From: Nitrosopumilaceae archaeon
GTDB lineage: Archaea > Thermoproteota > Nitrososphaeria > Nitrososphaerales > Nitrosopumilaceae
Direction: 5' to 3'
DNA length: 64,000 bases
NCBI GenBank assembly: GCA_965208905.1
Contig: OZ242365.1
Span: forward strand, 320,001-384,000
Positions 38,327-48,490 of the stretch are shown here, piece after piece. The translations under genes and the position numbers were made by a program. The notes beneath the pieces were generated by a model. It was not told the origin of the DNA and searched no databases. It was given only the letters and a program-made list of their open reading frames with translations. Each line of letters begins with the position of its first letter. Within the stretch, counting starts at the first letter, position 1.

Positions 38327-39460
38327 GTGGCAAAGATTCCTCATATTGTGATATTAGGTGGTGGATTTGGAGGGCTATCTGCCGCATTAGAGATTCGTAC
38401 TCGGTTGTCTGCTGCGCAAGCTCGCGTGACAGTTGTGGATAGAAAGGATTGGTTCATGGTGGGTTTTGCCAAGCTCTGGATAATTCAAGGAACACGTACA
38501 TTTGAAGAGTCCATCGCCCCTTTGGAGAACCTCTCAAAAAAGGATATAGAATTTGTCAGAGCAGAAGTACGAGAGTTAGACACTATACAGAAACATGTGG
38601 AGACATCCAAAGGACGACTATCCTATGACTATCTGATAGTGGCCATGGGTGCCCACTTGGCACCAAATAGTATACCGGGTCTGGCCGAGTATGGTCTCAA
38701 CCTGTATGATCATGACCATCTAGAAACCATACGTAAAAGATTAATGGATATAAAGTCCGGTTCAGTTGCCATCGTCATATCATCCATGCCTTACAAATGC
38801 CCGCCGGCTCCCTTTGAGGCGGCCATGTTGATAGACTCGCTACTCAACGAAATAGGGAGTCGTAAAAGCATATCGATAGAGGTGTATGGTCCAGGGCCCA
38901 TTACACTGCCTGCAGCAGGTCCAGAGATCAGCGGCCGCATCTTAGATATGATACGGCAGAGAGATATACAGTTTCATGGATCTCACAAGTTGGTTTCAGT
39001 GAAAGAGTCCGACATTATATTTGAAGATGTAACCAAAAAGTTCGATGTATTGCTTGTTGTTCCACCCCATGTAGTGCCACCAGTAGTATCAGTTTTAACA
39101 GATTCAGAACCATTTATTAAAATAGATCGTTTTGGAAGAACACGTCTACATAATGTCTATGCAGTGGGCGACATCACCACACTACCTGGTGGCAAGGGTC
39201 CGGTTCCAAAGGCGGGTGTATTTGCCGAAGGGGAAGGGGCGGTGGTTGCCAGAGATATCATAGCAAAGATAACAGATGGTGATGGTCCTGAGCCCTACGA
39301 TGGTAAGGGAGGCTGTTTTATAGAGTCTGGCCAGAGTACAGCATCCATAATACAGGTAGATGCTTTTGAGCCGTCAACCACACTGAGTGAGCCCACACAG
39401 TCTAATCTTGAAGCAAAGCTGCAGTTTGAGAAAGACCATCTGCAGGGCTGGCTGGGCTAG
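38327..39460 (+). CDS. FAD-dependent oxidoreductase (sulfide:quinone reductase-like)
   Basis: GGGFGG, YKCPPAPFE, AVGD, PKAG, GGCF. Confidence 0.8.
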   Translation: MAKIPHIVILGGGFGGLSAALEIRTRLSAAQARVTVVDRKDWFMVGFAKLWIIQGTRTFEESIAPLENLSKKDIEFVRAEVRELDTIQKHVETSKGRLSYDYLIVAMGAHLAPNSIPGLAEYGLNLYDHDHLETIRKRLMDIKSGSVAIVISSMPYKCPPAPFEAAMLIDSLLNEIGSRKSISIEVYGPGPITLPAAGPEISGRILDMIRQRDIQFHGSHKLVSVKESDIIFEDVTKKFDVLLVVPPHVVPPVVSVLTDSEPFIKIDRFGRTRLHNVYAVGDITTLPGGKGPVPKAGVFAEGEGAVVARDIIAKITDGDGPEPYDGKGGCFIESGQSTASIIQVDAFEPSTTLSEPTQSNLEAKLQFEKDHLQGWLG

Positions 39461-39651
39461 TTTGTATCACTTTTATTCATATGTTCCAAGAGGGCCTGGA
39501 GCTCCTTTCCAAGCTTAATATCGCTGGAGCCCAAATTTGTTATAGCCTTCTTCTTCAAGTCCTCATTCTCCATCTCCAACCTTGCTTTCTCTATGCAGTC
39601 TATGTGGTCTCTGCCTGTGGCAGATATGCGATTGCAGATTGAACACAACAT
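39457..39651 (-). CDS. Small hypothetical protein
   Basis: 64 aa, CSIC...H.DC. Confidence 0.55.
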   Translation of the reverse strand: MLCSICNRISATGRDHIDCIEKARLEMENEDLKKKAITNLGSSDIKLGKELQALLEHMNKSDTN

Positions 39652-39710
39652 GTTATAGTTATTAAAAAAAACGACAATTTAATAATTTCAAAATATGTGC
39701 TGTATAGTAT

Positions 39711-39788
39711 GGGACCGTCGTCTAGCTTGGCCATGATGCTAGCCTGGGGTGCTAGAGGTCGTGAGTTCGAATCTCACCGGTCCCACCA
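39711..39788 (+). tRNA. tRNA-Pro(GGG), CCA encoded
   Basis: Acceptor GGGACCG/CGGTCCC, anticodon arm CTAGC-CTGGGGT-GCTAG, T arm GTGAG-TTCGAAT-CTCAC, ends ACCA. Confidence 0.95.
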
Positions 39789-39942
39789 TTCTGTGGTATT
39801 ATTATAGAGGGGAAGGATTGGTTCAAAAAATTGATAGTCCTTTGTGCTCGGCCTAGCGTACAGCAAACTACCTTTGGTGTTGCATATAGTATTTTTTAGT
39901 GATCTATATTGTTAAATAGCATTATATACATGAATAAACATT

Positions 39943-39956
39943 CATATATAATTCCC
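39943..39956. repeat. Solo GGGAATTATATA-type element end
   Basis: CATATATAATTCCC ends at 39956, directly abutting the stop codon of the kinase gene. Confidence 0.5.
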
Positions 39957-40760
39957 TTAAATTTGTCCCTGTTTTTCGCTTTCAGATGTGGTTGAGGCAT
40001 CACCGCCCATAACTACGTCTAGTAGTCTTTGAAACGTCTCGTATGATGGATTGCGTTTGTAAATGCGTAGTTCAGGTATCAGTGTGGAGGGTTTTGGCGA
40101 ATCATATATTGTATGTATCTTTGATGCCAGTGCCGAGTTTATCAGCATGCTTTGAGTTGCTGAGGTTACATTGGATACGCGTCTATCCAGACTACTACTC
40201 TCAAAGTCGATTAGTGTAGGAGTATTATTATTTATGATGACATGTTTGTATATGTTGGTTAGCTCACCATGATCCAACCCCAGGCAATCCAGACGGAAAC
40301 AATCTTTCAATATATTACGTATTACGCGCTTTAGTTGCTGAGCATTACTAACAATATTTAATATCCATTCACCAATACCAAATCCACTCAGATACTCCAT
40401 GACAATAATATCATCATGAAACTCCAATAAACGCGGACCCACATCCACCCCATTTGCCAGCTTTAACAGTCTGGCCTCGGGTACCATCGTATCCCTAACA
40501 GAGTCGGAGCGCTTAATCTTTAGTGCCACTCTTTGGTTGTTTAAGAGTGCCAGTAAAACTATACCAGAGTGACCTTTGCCCAATATGGGAATCCCCTGTA
40601 ATTGAATACGACCAGCAAATGATATACCATCTACTCCCATATCAGACAGAATAGATATTCTGTCCAAGCTAATGCCAAAGTCTGCGCGGGGGTAGTCAAA
40701 GATGATACTGTATCGTTTGGCATCTAGTGTATCAATGGGAAGAAACTGCGGCTCCATCAT
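39957..40760 (-). CDS. RIO-like Ser/Thr protein kinase
   Basis: LGKGHSGIV, VALK, DHGEL, IDFE. Confidence 0.8.
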   Translation of the reverse strand: MMEPQFLPIDTLDAKRYSIIFDYPRADFGISLDRISILSDMGVDGISFAGRIQLQGIPILGKGHSGIVLLALLNNQRVALKIKRSDSVRDTMVPEARLLKLANGVDVGPRLLEFHDDIIVMEYLSGFGIGEWILNIVSNAQQLKRVIRNILKDCFRLDCLGLDHGELTNIYKHVIINNNTPTLIDFESSSLDRRVSNVTSATQSMLINSALASKIHTIYDSPKPSTLIPELRIYKRNPSYETFQRLLDVVMGGDASTTSESEKQGQI

Positions 40761-42045
40761 CAGACATCAAAGGGGCGGCGTATTGTTTAATTAAATCATT
40801 AAATTGCTCTCCGCCTGTTAGTGTGTACGTCTTTATATCGTTGTGCAGACCAGCAGGGATTCCTGCTACAGTAGGGTTTGTTAAAAGATGATCTAATATC
40901 TCAAATATGCTGGTGTACTGCCTGTCCTCCAGGCATAGCAATGTCATGTCATCAGAGACCCAAATAATATTATTATTTTTTGCAATAAAACTAGTTATAG
41001 CGTTCTTTAAAAATACACTCGGGCCTTGGCGGATAAATATTTTAGATAGGTAGAATGACTCCAAAAAAAGAAATATGTATATCTGCTGCTCAAGTATGGC
41101 AATATGGTGTTTTATTACTATAAAATTGTGTAATTGTAACTGGCGTTTCAATGCCGAAAGTGTCTTTTTGGTCTGTCCCCACACCACATCAAGAGATTTA
41201 TCGGTATGTCTAAATTTTATACATATCACATTACTCCAATTGTTATGATTTTTGGTATGTCTATTCTCAAATGTATAACGAGACGGATTTTTTAAAAAAG
41301 CTCGGCAAGCAAGTATGAATAATGCAATATTTCTCTTGGATATGGCGGCTGCCAGATTGCGATTATTATCTATGGGGTCTGTAATGGTAACTGCGGTATC
41401 AAAGTTTTTAGATGTAATACCAATAACGCCACCAGGTTTTATGTGGGCAATGTTTTGTATTACGTTTAAAAATCCTCCAAAGTTTAGTATTAATGTCTCA
41501 GCAGCATATCCACTAAATCCTTGGCTTGCTATCTCTGCGCCATATATGTTATAATTTTTAAGAAATTTTTTTAGAGTGCGTACCTCGTCTTTTTGAGATT
41601 CTGTAAGGTGTTCTTGCATGTGTCTTGTATGATATGGGGACCTATCTGCGGCGCTCTGCCATCTGCCTTTTTCAACATCATAACATGGTACTACATTTAT
41701 TATTACACCATCAACCTCTGCAATGAGATATGGGTGTTCGGCATACTTCTCATATGGATCAAAGTCTTTGAGGGCATTATACCCCACCCTTTTTGATAGT
41801 TTTGTAAACATCTCTCGGCGTACATCCTTGTTAAATTTTACAAAAACATCAATATCCGCCGAGTTAGCCAACCATGTACCCTTGGCGTATGACCCACCCA
41901 CTTCTATACCAGATATCTGGGGCACCTTCTCTGCTTCGTTTGATATCAATGTTAAAACTTTATCCACCGTACAGGATTTTTCTTTTATCTCTTCTTCTGT
42001 GGGCCGTGCCTCTTGAATTATGTCTTGTATGTTTATCAATTGCAA
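40732..42045 (-). CDS. cca: Archaeal CCA-adding tRNA nucleotidyltransferase
   Basis: GGSYAKGTWL..DIDVF, YAEHPY, GFSGY, DPIDNNRNLAAA. Confidence 0.93.
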   Translation of the reverse strand: MQLINIQDIIQEARPTEEEIKEKSCTVDKVLTLISNEAEKVPQISGIEVGGSYAKGTWLANSADIDVFVKFNKDVRREMFTKLSKRVGYNALKDFDPYEKYAEHPYLIAEVDGVIINVVPCYDVEKGRWQSAADRSPYHTRHMQEHLTESQKDEVRTLKKFLKNYNIYGAEIASQGFSGYAAETLILNFGGFLNVIQNIAHIKPGGVIGITSKNFDTAVTITDPIDNNRNLAAAISKRNIALFILACRAFLKNPSRYTFENRHTKNHNNWSNVICIKFRHTDKSLDVVWGQTKKTLSALKRQLQLHNFIVIKHHIAILEQQIYIFLFLESFYLSKIFIRQGPSVFLKNAITSFIAKNNNIIWVSDDMTLLCLEDRQYTSIFEILDHLLTNPTVAGIPAGLHNDIKTYTLTGGEQFNDLIKQYAAPLMSDDGAAVSSH

Positions 42046-42542
42046 GTCACCTCGGCCATATCAGTATATACAGGTCCTGTCGGAGCTAGAACACTTCTTT
42101 TTATTTTAAATCTGTCCATATGTTGTACGCCCCAAGTGTAATCCTTGTATGGTGTGATGTTAATTTTATCGTTCTTCTTTAAGCGGGAGATTGTAAGGTG
42201 GGGCGTAAATTTTTTATTAGATTTTTGTTCTAGTGTATGGCCTATACTGTCGGAGAGCTCTTGGAGTGGTGTGTGATCAGTTACGCCGACCCAGATTAAT
42301 CTAGCTGGCCTTCCAAATGTACCAATGCCATGTAGTGTCACATCAAACCCATCAAATTTTATAGTTTGAAGTTTATTAATTATATCTGGAATAGATGACT
42401 CATCTACCTCCCCCAAAAACTGTAGTGTAAAATGTAGATTTTCCTGTTTGACATTTCGTCCTCCTATAACGCTTTGCGCAGATATTATATTGTTTATAAG
42501 GACATTATCAGTTATGTCAGCTGCCACAAATACTCTCATCAT
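42036..42542 (-). CDS. thpR: RNA 2',3'-cyclic phosphodiesterase (2H family)
   Basis: HFTL and PHLT 2H motifs, GPVY. Confidence 0.9.
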   Translation of the reverse strand: MMRVFVAADITDNVLINNIISAQSVIGGRNVKQENLHFTLQFLGEVDESSIPDIINKLQTIKFDGFDVTLHGIGTFGRPARLIWVGVTDHTPLQELSDSIGHTLEQKSNKKFTPHLTISRLKKNDKINITPYKDYTWGVQHMDRFKIKRSVLAPTGPVYTDMAEVTCN

Positions 42543-42729
42543 ATAGTACGTTTAATTAGACATTAATAGAATTTACCATCTTTTTGTTATGAATTATTTG
42601 TGGATGTGTTTTCTATCAGTCTTTTAGTTGGTTCTAGATTATGTGGGCAATACCAACCCAAAGAGTAAGAATGCAAATAAACACCACAACACCGAACCAA
42701 GTAAATATGAGGTAGAATGTTCATCCATT

Positions 42730-43281
42730 ATGCCAAAGTTAATTGTCTGTCTTGTGGGAATGCCCGGGGCAGGTAAATCCACAATTGCCAATGGCTTGGC
42801 CAGTCAAGGATATGATATGGTAAATATGGGCGACTCTATTCGCGCAGAGGCTACAAAGCGCCAGATAGAACCCACTAGTAAAAATTTAGGCAAGATAATG
42901 GTGGAGATGCGTTCACATTATGGGCCAGGAGCCGTTGCTCATCTAATAAAACCACAGGTTATTAGCGCCCAATCAGATATTGTAATAGTAGATGGAATAC
43001 GTTCCTCAGATGAGATCAAAGTGTTGCAGGAGTGTGGTGTTGTAAAGGTGCTAGCCATTCATGCATCTCAGGATACACGATTTACATTTCTAAAGAAGAG
43101 GAGACGTTCTGATGATCCAGACAGCCAAGAGATGCTTCAAAAACGGGATCAGAGAGAGATGGGTATTGGTATCAGTGATCCTATAGCTCTTGCTGATGAA
43201 TCCATATCAAATAATAATTTAGATAAAAATATGCTAATAAGCACAGCAGCAGATACAATACAAAGATGGAGACAATTATAG
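42730..43281 (+). CDS. P-loop nucleotide kinase (UPF0200 / dephospho-CoA-kinase-like)
   Basis: GMPGAGKS, MGD, DGIRS. Confidence 0.8.
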   Translation: MPKLIVCLVGMPGAGKSTIANGLASQGYDMVNMGDSIRAEATKRQIEPTSKNLGKIMVEMRSHYGPGAVAHLIKPQVISAQSDIVIVDGIRSSDEIKVLQECGVVKVLAIHASQDTRFTFLKKRRRSDDPDSQEMLQKRDQREMGIGISDPIALADESISNNNLDKNMLISTAADTIQRWRQL

Positions 43282-43658
43282 ACTGTCAAGTACACGCAGA
43301 GTCTCAGATTAGTCCATCAGAGAGTCACAAAAAGGTGTTAAAGGCCATGCTCAATATACTACCGGATTGTGAGTACAGAACCACACACAATACAGTTCAG
43401 GTACACTCCAAAAATATTATGGATTTAGATACCATACGCAAATCGATGTTATCCAGGCAGTTATCAAACAGTTTAAGGAAGAGTCTATTGCGCAATGCAG
43501 ATGATACAAGCACGTGGCTCTTTTTGAATCGCCAAGCTGCCTTTGTGGGTATTGCTGCCATATGTGAAGAGGCCGGCGAGTCCCCACTAGGCCCCATTAA
43601 AATTACACTAACATCTCCAGATATACAAGGTGTCATAGAGTGGTTTTCACATATTTAA
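43266..43658 (+). CDS. UPF0201-like RNA-binding protein
   Basis: PSES..KV.KAM.NI, LNRQAAFVG, ESPLGPI. Confidence 0.8.
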   Translation: METIIDCQVHAESQISPSESHKKVLKAMLNILPDCEYRTTHNTVQVHSKNIMDLDTIRKSMLSRQLSNSLRKSLLRNADDTSTWLFLNRQAAFVGIAAICEEAGESPLGPIKITLTSPDIQGVIEWFSHI

Positions 43659-43693
43659 TGTGAAAAGAACGTTGTGTTTTTAAGCAGTTTTGT

Positions 43694-43930
43694 GTGATAT
43701 GTAATATGCTGATAAAGCTTCTCTTAATAGCAACAGTACTGGTAGCTGGCGCCATAATATTTCAGACCCAGTTACAAACGATACTTCCCAATACAGTATC
43801 CACAATACCTGACACAATCAGAGAAGATGTGGATGCCATCACATCGAGAATAGAGGAGCAGGCAAGTGATGCGCTAGATACAATTACCGAAGAAGTTCTA
43901 AACACCACTGCTAATATTATACAGCCTTAG
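43694..43930 (+). CDS. Small membrane-anchored hypothetical protein
   Basis: N-terminal TM, acidic helix. Confidence 0.55.
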   Translation: MICNMLIKLLLIATVLVAGAIIFQTQLQTILPNTVSTIPDTIREDVDAITSRIEEQASDALDTITEEVLNTTANIIQP

Positions 43931-44639
43931 CCCATTGCCAAGGGTAGTTCATATACGAGTCAGATTTATTCTGATCAATCACCATTACGGTCATATCTGA
44001 AAACTCTCTTCCTATCAATTCAGCCATACTGCCCTCAAAGACCTTCTCTGTAGGCATTGTAAGATACTCATATACTAGTACCCTCTGTTGCTTTGTGTCA
44101 AACCCCTTATCAGCTAAATACTTTGAGACATCTGATGGCATAAAAGACAAGTCCGGTCTGCTAGGCCAGGGTCTTGGTACTAATATCACACTAAGTTTAT
44201 CTTTTAGAGCTTGTATCATGCGATGTTTCTTATCTTCAATATCCCCTGTTATATGCATCGATATAACTTGACATTTATCAGTGGGAATACAAGCTCGAGA
44301 GGCGGCCACCTGAGTGGAGCTGACACCAGGTATTAGTGTCACATCACTAAATATCTGTATGAGTCTGTCTATCACCTCGGACTCGGAGAAGTTAACATCT
44401 CCTGTAAATGGTATCACCAAGGTTTCATCTCTCAAGTCTTTTGCCAGTCTTTGATATGCATTCTCCTGATTGCTCATTGTAATGTGGTGTACTTTTTTTC
44501 CGATTAAATGCTGGTTTATTGTATTTAATGTGTAGTCGTATCCAGCCACCACATCAGCGTTCTGTATTATATCCATGACTATTTTTGTGATATATTCGGG
44601 AGAGCCAGGCCCCACACCGACCGCGTATACTTTTGCCAA
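43917..44639 (-). CDS. cbiE: Precorrin-6Y C5,15-methyltransferase CbiE subunit
   Basis: VGVGPG, TGD, IPGVSSTQ, YEYLT. Confidence 0.85.
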   Translation of the reverse strand: MAKVYAVGVGPGSPEYITKIVMDIIQNADVVAGYDYTLNTINQHLIGKKVHHITMSNQENAYQRLAKDLRDETLVIPFTGDVNFSESEVIDRLIQIFSDVTLIPGVSSTQVAASRACIPTDKCQVISMHITGDIEDKKHRMIQALKDKLSVILVPRPWPSRPDLSFMPSDVSKYLADKGFDTKQQRVLVYEYLTMPTEKVFEGSMAELIGREFSDMTVMVIDQNKSDSYMNYPWQWAKAV

Positions 44640-44640
44640 T

Positions 44641-45135
44641 CTATCTTGTTATCCTCTGGCGCTCTTTTATGAATGCGACAAATGGTTGCCAATCCACATG
44701 CATAAATTTGAGGGCATCCTTCATGGGATACTTTACCCAATCCTGAGCTATGCTGTATTGATATTTCTGGGCCGTGCCATTATGTGTATACTCTATATAC
44801 AATACACTGCCCCAATCTTTTTCGTCATACCACACATCAGATATGTCATCAAAGTTCAGCTTCTCATTCTTTGGATTTTCCATATCGACTTTGAGGTTAT
44901 CCTCATCGTACCCATCATGTAATATCATGACATCTTTGGACTTCATAAAATTCAAGGCTTGTCGTCGTCGTATCGCCTGCCACCATGCCGACTTGGCTTT
45001 GGTCTTTTGTATAAAGTATATGTGCTTATCAGTTAGCACCAACATTCCCTCTCGCCCCCCTAAACTAAAGAATTTTGCTGACTCTCGCCATACAGACACC
45101 AAATGCGCCTCCATTGTTTCATCATAATCTGGCAT
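44641..45135 (-). CDS. Conserved hypothetical protein (PH-like)
   Basis: EGMLVLTDKHIYF. Confidence 0.7.
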   Translation of the reverse strand: MPDYDETMEAHLVSVWRESAKFFSLGGREGMLVLTDKHIYFIQKTKAKSAWWQAIRRRQALNFMKSKDVMILHDGYDEDNLKVDMENPKNEKLNFDDISDVWYDEKDWGSVLYIEYTHNGTAQKYQYSIAQDWVKYPMKDALKFMHVDWQPFVAFIKERQRITR

Positions 45136-45337
45136 GTTGATAGGGAGACATACTCCATTAAAAAGGATGGTTATGTATCAGATACTGCAATGTTGACCAA
45201 CCTGCCATATGTTCAATTATGAGTGTGTGTCGCGCATTGGCATCATACCAAGATGTACATCATCTGATTTTACATTAGTTGGCACTAGAAAGATTGTCAT
45301 ATTATCGCTAAAATATGATTAACAACACATTATACAT

Positions 45338-46687
45338 ATGAAATCCTCGGTAATAATAGTAGGCGCAGGTGTTGGAGGGTTATCCATGGGGGCCCTTTTG
45401 GCACGTGACGGATATGCAGTCACCATATTTGAGAAGGACAAGAAGATAGGTGGTCGTACAGCGTCAACCACCTACAAAAACCACACACTGGATAATGGAT
45501 TTCACATAATGCCATTCTACAAAAAGTCCGCCTTGTATGATGTGCTGTCCATGACGGGCATACTACACAAGACTGGTCTATCACTAGTATCTGATATTGC
45601 ATTCTACTCCAAGAATAAATTTCACAGGTATCCAAAAGGCATGCTGGACATACTTAGGATGAGTCTTATTCCATTCAAGAGTAGAATGGTACTACTTCGA
45701 ATATTGTTACCCATGGCGTTTAGTACAATGACTGCTGCCGAGAAGAAGGATAACATGTCGTTGTCGTCCATAACCACATCCATGGACAGTCGTACCCGGG
45801 CTTTCTTTGATGCCGTATGTATGTTAGCCTTTGCAGACACACCTGATCGTGTCTCGTTGGGGGAGTTCATTCGAACCATAATAAGGGCCAATCCTTTTCG
45901 GGGTGGAACCAGCCAATTTGCCTATCCAGCCAAGGGATACGACACCATATGTAAAATGTTGGCTACATATATAGAGAGTCATGGTGGCCGGATACTCTTA
46001 TCATCACCCATACAAAAGATAGAGATACGTCAAGATTCCGCATGTGGTGTAATTGACTCTAAAGGGAACATAATAAAGGCAAGTTGTGTGGTAGCATCAC
46101 CGCCTGCCTACCAGATACCTAATCTTTTAGATGACCACATATTGAATAATAGTACAAAACGCCACATAGACAGCCTAAAGAGTAGTACTGCCGTTGTGGA
46201 GGTACACTACGCCACTAACAGGCGAATCGATACCCGTCAGATAGTCTTTCCTGTGGGCGACTATACCGCCAAGGGCATATTCTTTACATCCAACATATCC
46301 TCCCAACTCTGTCCTTCTGGAGAGCACCAGCTCATATGTGGAGCGCCCATAGATCCTAATCATATGACCGGTTCAAAACTCCGACAGACTACCAGTGAGA
46401 TGCGTCAGGATTTAGAGTCAATATATCCCGGATTCCAAGATAGTATCATCTGGGAGAGGCCGCAGGCGTGGAAGTTGGTGGAATCGGTTGCAAAGATGCC
46501 TGGCATGGTCTGGCGGTCCAAGATGCCTCACTATACATCAGAGGTGAATGGGTTGTTTTTTGTGGGTGACTCGACCATAAGCTATGGTATAGGTACAGAT
46601 TCGGCGGCTCACAGCGCGCTACTGTGCTACCCCCACGTAAAGGCGCATATTTTGGGGGCGGCGCCCATCATATCAGCGCCAGCCTAG
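45338..46687 (+). CDS. FAD-dependent oxidoreductase (phytoene desaturase/amine oxidase family)
   Basis: GAGVGG, EK...IGGR, DNGFH, LFFVGD. Confidence 0.85.
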   Translation: MKSSVIIVGAGVGGLSMGALLARDGYAVTIFEKDKKIGGRTASTTYKNHTLDNGFHIMPFYKKSALYDVLSMTGILHKTGLSLVSDIAFYSKNKFHRYPKGMLDILRMSLIPFKSRMVLLRILLPMAFSTMTAAEKKDNMSLSSITTSMDSRTRAFFDAVCMLAFADTPDRVSLGEFIRTIIRANPFRGGTSQFAYPAKGYDTICKMLATYIESHGGRILLSSPIQKIEIRQDSACGVIDSKGNIIKASCVVASPPAYQIPNLLDDHILNNSTKRHIDSLKSSTAVVEVHYATNRRIDTRQIVFPVGDYTAKGIFFTSNISSQLCPSGEHQLICGAPIDPNHMTGSKLRQTTSEMRQDLESIYPGFQDSIIWERPQAWKLVESVAKMPGMVWRSKMPHYTSEVNGLFFVGDSTISYGIGTDSAAHSALLCYPHVKAHILGAAPIISAPA

Positions 46688-46930
46688 ATATACACACAGC
46701 ATAATGTTGTAAATTCAACATTTAATAGAAAAAACCAAAGATAATCTTCTGTTTTATTCCAAGTGTGTACATCTCTTGTTTACGATGACCAGAGTACTAT
46801 AATAAATTCTGATGTATTTGATGTGTAATTCGTTGAGGTCTGTCGGCGTTCTGATATCAGGTGCTGGGAGTGGCTTCTCAGTATATGCAGAACACTAGAG
46901 CTTTTATAGAGTGGGTATTTTTAACAGTCA

Positions 46931-48490
46931 TTGAATGGTATTGTGTTTGTCTTAATAGCGGCACTGATATTGGGCTCAACGAGTCTGGTGTATGGCCAGA
47001 ATACAGACACAGTAGTGGTACTGCAGACAGAGCAAGGTCCGCTGGTTATCGAGTTCTTCCCTGAAGATGCACCAAATCATGTAGCAAACTTTATTGAACT
47101 ATCTCGTAGCGGCTTTTATGACAACACCTTATTTCATCGCATCATACCTAACTTTATGATACAGGGTGGAGATCCGCACACAAAGCCCGATTCCGGAGTC
47201 GGACAAGACCGGTGGGGTATGGGCGGACCCGATGCCACCTTAGATGCAGAGTTTAATGATATAATGCACAATCGTGGCATAGTATCCATGGCCCGCTCCA
47301 GTGACCCAAATAGTGCAGGTTCACAGTTCTTTATAGTACATCAGGACTCTAACTTTTTAGATGCATCATATACGGTCTTTGGTCGTTTAGCTACTGCTGA
47401 GAGTTATGAAACATTGGATGCCATAGCTGGTATAGAGGTGGATGCCATAGACCGTCCCGTATCGCCAGACTTGGTTCGAATAATCTCTGCGCAGGTGTTG
47501 ACTCGTGATCAGGTTGCCGATATACAAGATATGGACCCGCCCCTGCGAATGCAATCAGGTTTTGAGGAGCCTTCTTCCAGTGGAGAGTATACAAGTGAGA
47601 TATACAACTTTTCCATTAAATTTCCTGAAGGGTGGGTAGTACAAAATATCGATAGTGAAGGCGGACCAAACATAGCAGCAGTAAGTTCTAGTGATGCTCC
47701 GATACCTCCAAGTATCGCTGTATACATCGAAGAGGCCGGCAATCACACGATAAATACTGTTCGTGAGAGCAAACTCGCAGACGTAGAGGCGATGGGGGAC
47801 AGTCTGCAGATTGTAAATCATGAGCTGACGACCATAAACAACTTTGATGCGTTTGTATTAGATGCCACTGGTATATTTGATATAGGTACTGGGCCTTTTG
47901 ATATTGGATATCGCGAAGTGACCATAGTGTCATCAGGTAAAATCTACACTTTTCTGTTTAGCTCAGTCTTGAGTGACTATGACTCAGATGTGCGCTCCTT
48001 TTCTGAATCATTAGATTCGTTTACAGTGTTAACGGTAGATACTCCTGAAGAGACTCCAGCCGAGGAGCCTGATGATACAACATCAGAAGGGGGCGGGTGT
48101 CTAATTGCGACTGCAGCCTTTGGCTCGGAACTATCTTCTCCCATACAACAACTTCGGGAGCTGCGGGATGAGACATTGATGCAGACTGATGCCGGATACA
48201 GTTTTGTAACTGGATTTAACACCATATATTACACGTTCAGTCCCAGTATAGCAGATTATGAGCGTGAAAATCCTCTATTTCGTGACTTGGTACGCCTCTC
48301 CATAACACCGATGATACATACACTATCAATACTGACTCTTGTGGATATGAATAGTGATATTGAAGTTGTTGTGTATGGCGTTTCGGTCATACTTTTGACA
48401 CTGTTGATATATGTTGGTCCACCCATTCTAGCCGCTATATTGATACGTCGCAGAGTAGCACCATACAGCACATCACCAAAAGTCGTCTAA
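46931..48490 (+). CDS. Exported cyclophilin-type peptidyl-prolyl isomerase with PsbP-like and CFI-box C-terminal domains
   Basis: FHRIIPNFMIQGGDP, SMAR..DPNSAGSQFF; GGGCLIATAAFGSE...LRELRD. Confidence 0.88.
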   Translation: MNGIVFVLIAALILGSTSLVYGQNTDTVVVLQTEQGPLVIEFFPEDAPNHVANFIELSRSGFYDNTLFHRIIPNFMIQGGDPHTKPDSGVGQDRWGMGGPDATLDAEFNDIMHNRGIVSMARSSDPNSAGSQFFIVHQDSNFLDASYTVFGRLATAESYETLDAIAGIEVDAIDRPVSPDLVRIISAQVLTRDQVADIQDMDPPLRMQSGFEEPSSSGEYTSEIYNFSIKFPEGWVVQNIDSEGGPNIAAVSSSDAPIPPSIAVYIEEAGNHTINTVRESKLADVEAMGDSLQIVNHELTTINNFDAFVLDATGIFDIGTGPFDIGYREVTIVSSGKIYTFLFSSVLSDYDSDVRSFSESLDSFTVLTVDTPEETPAEEPDDTTSEGGGCLIATAAFGSELSSPIQQLRELRDETLMQTDAGYSFVTGFNTIYYTFSPSIADYERENPLFRDLVRLSITPMIHTLSILTLVDMNSDIEVVVYGVSVILLTLLIYVGPPILAAILIRRRVAPYSTSPKVV

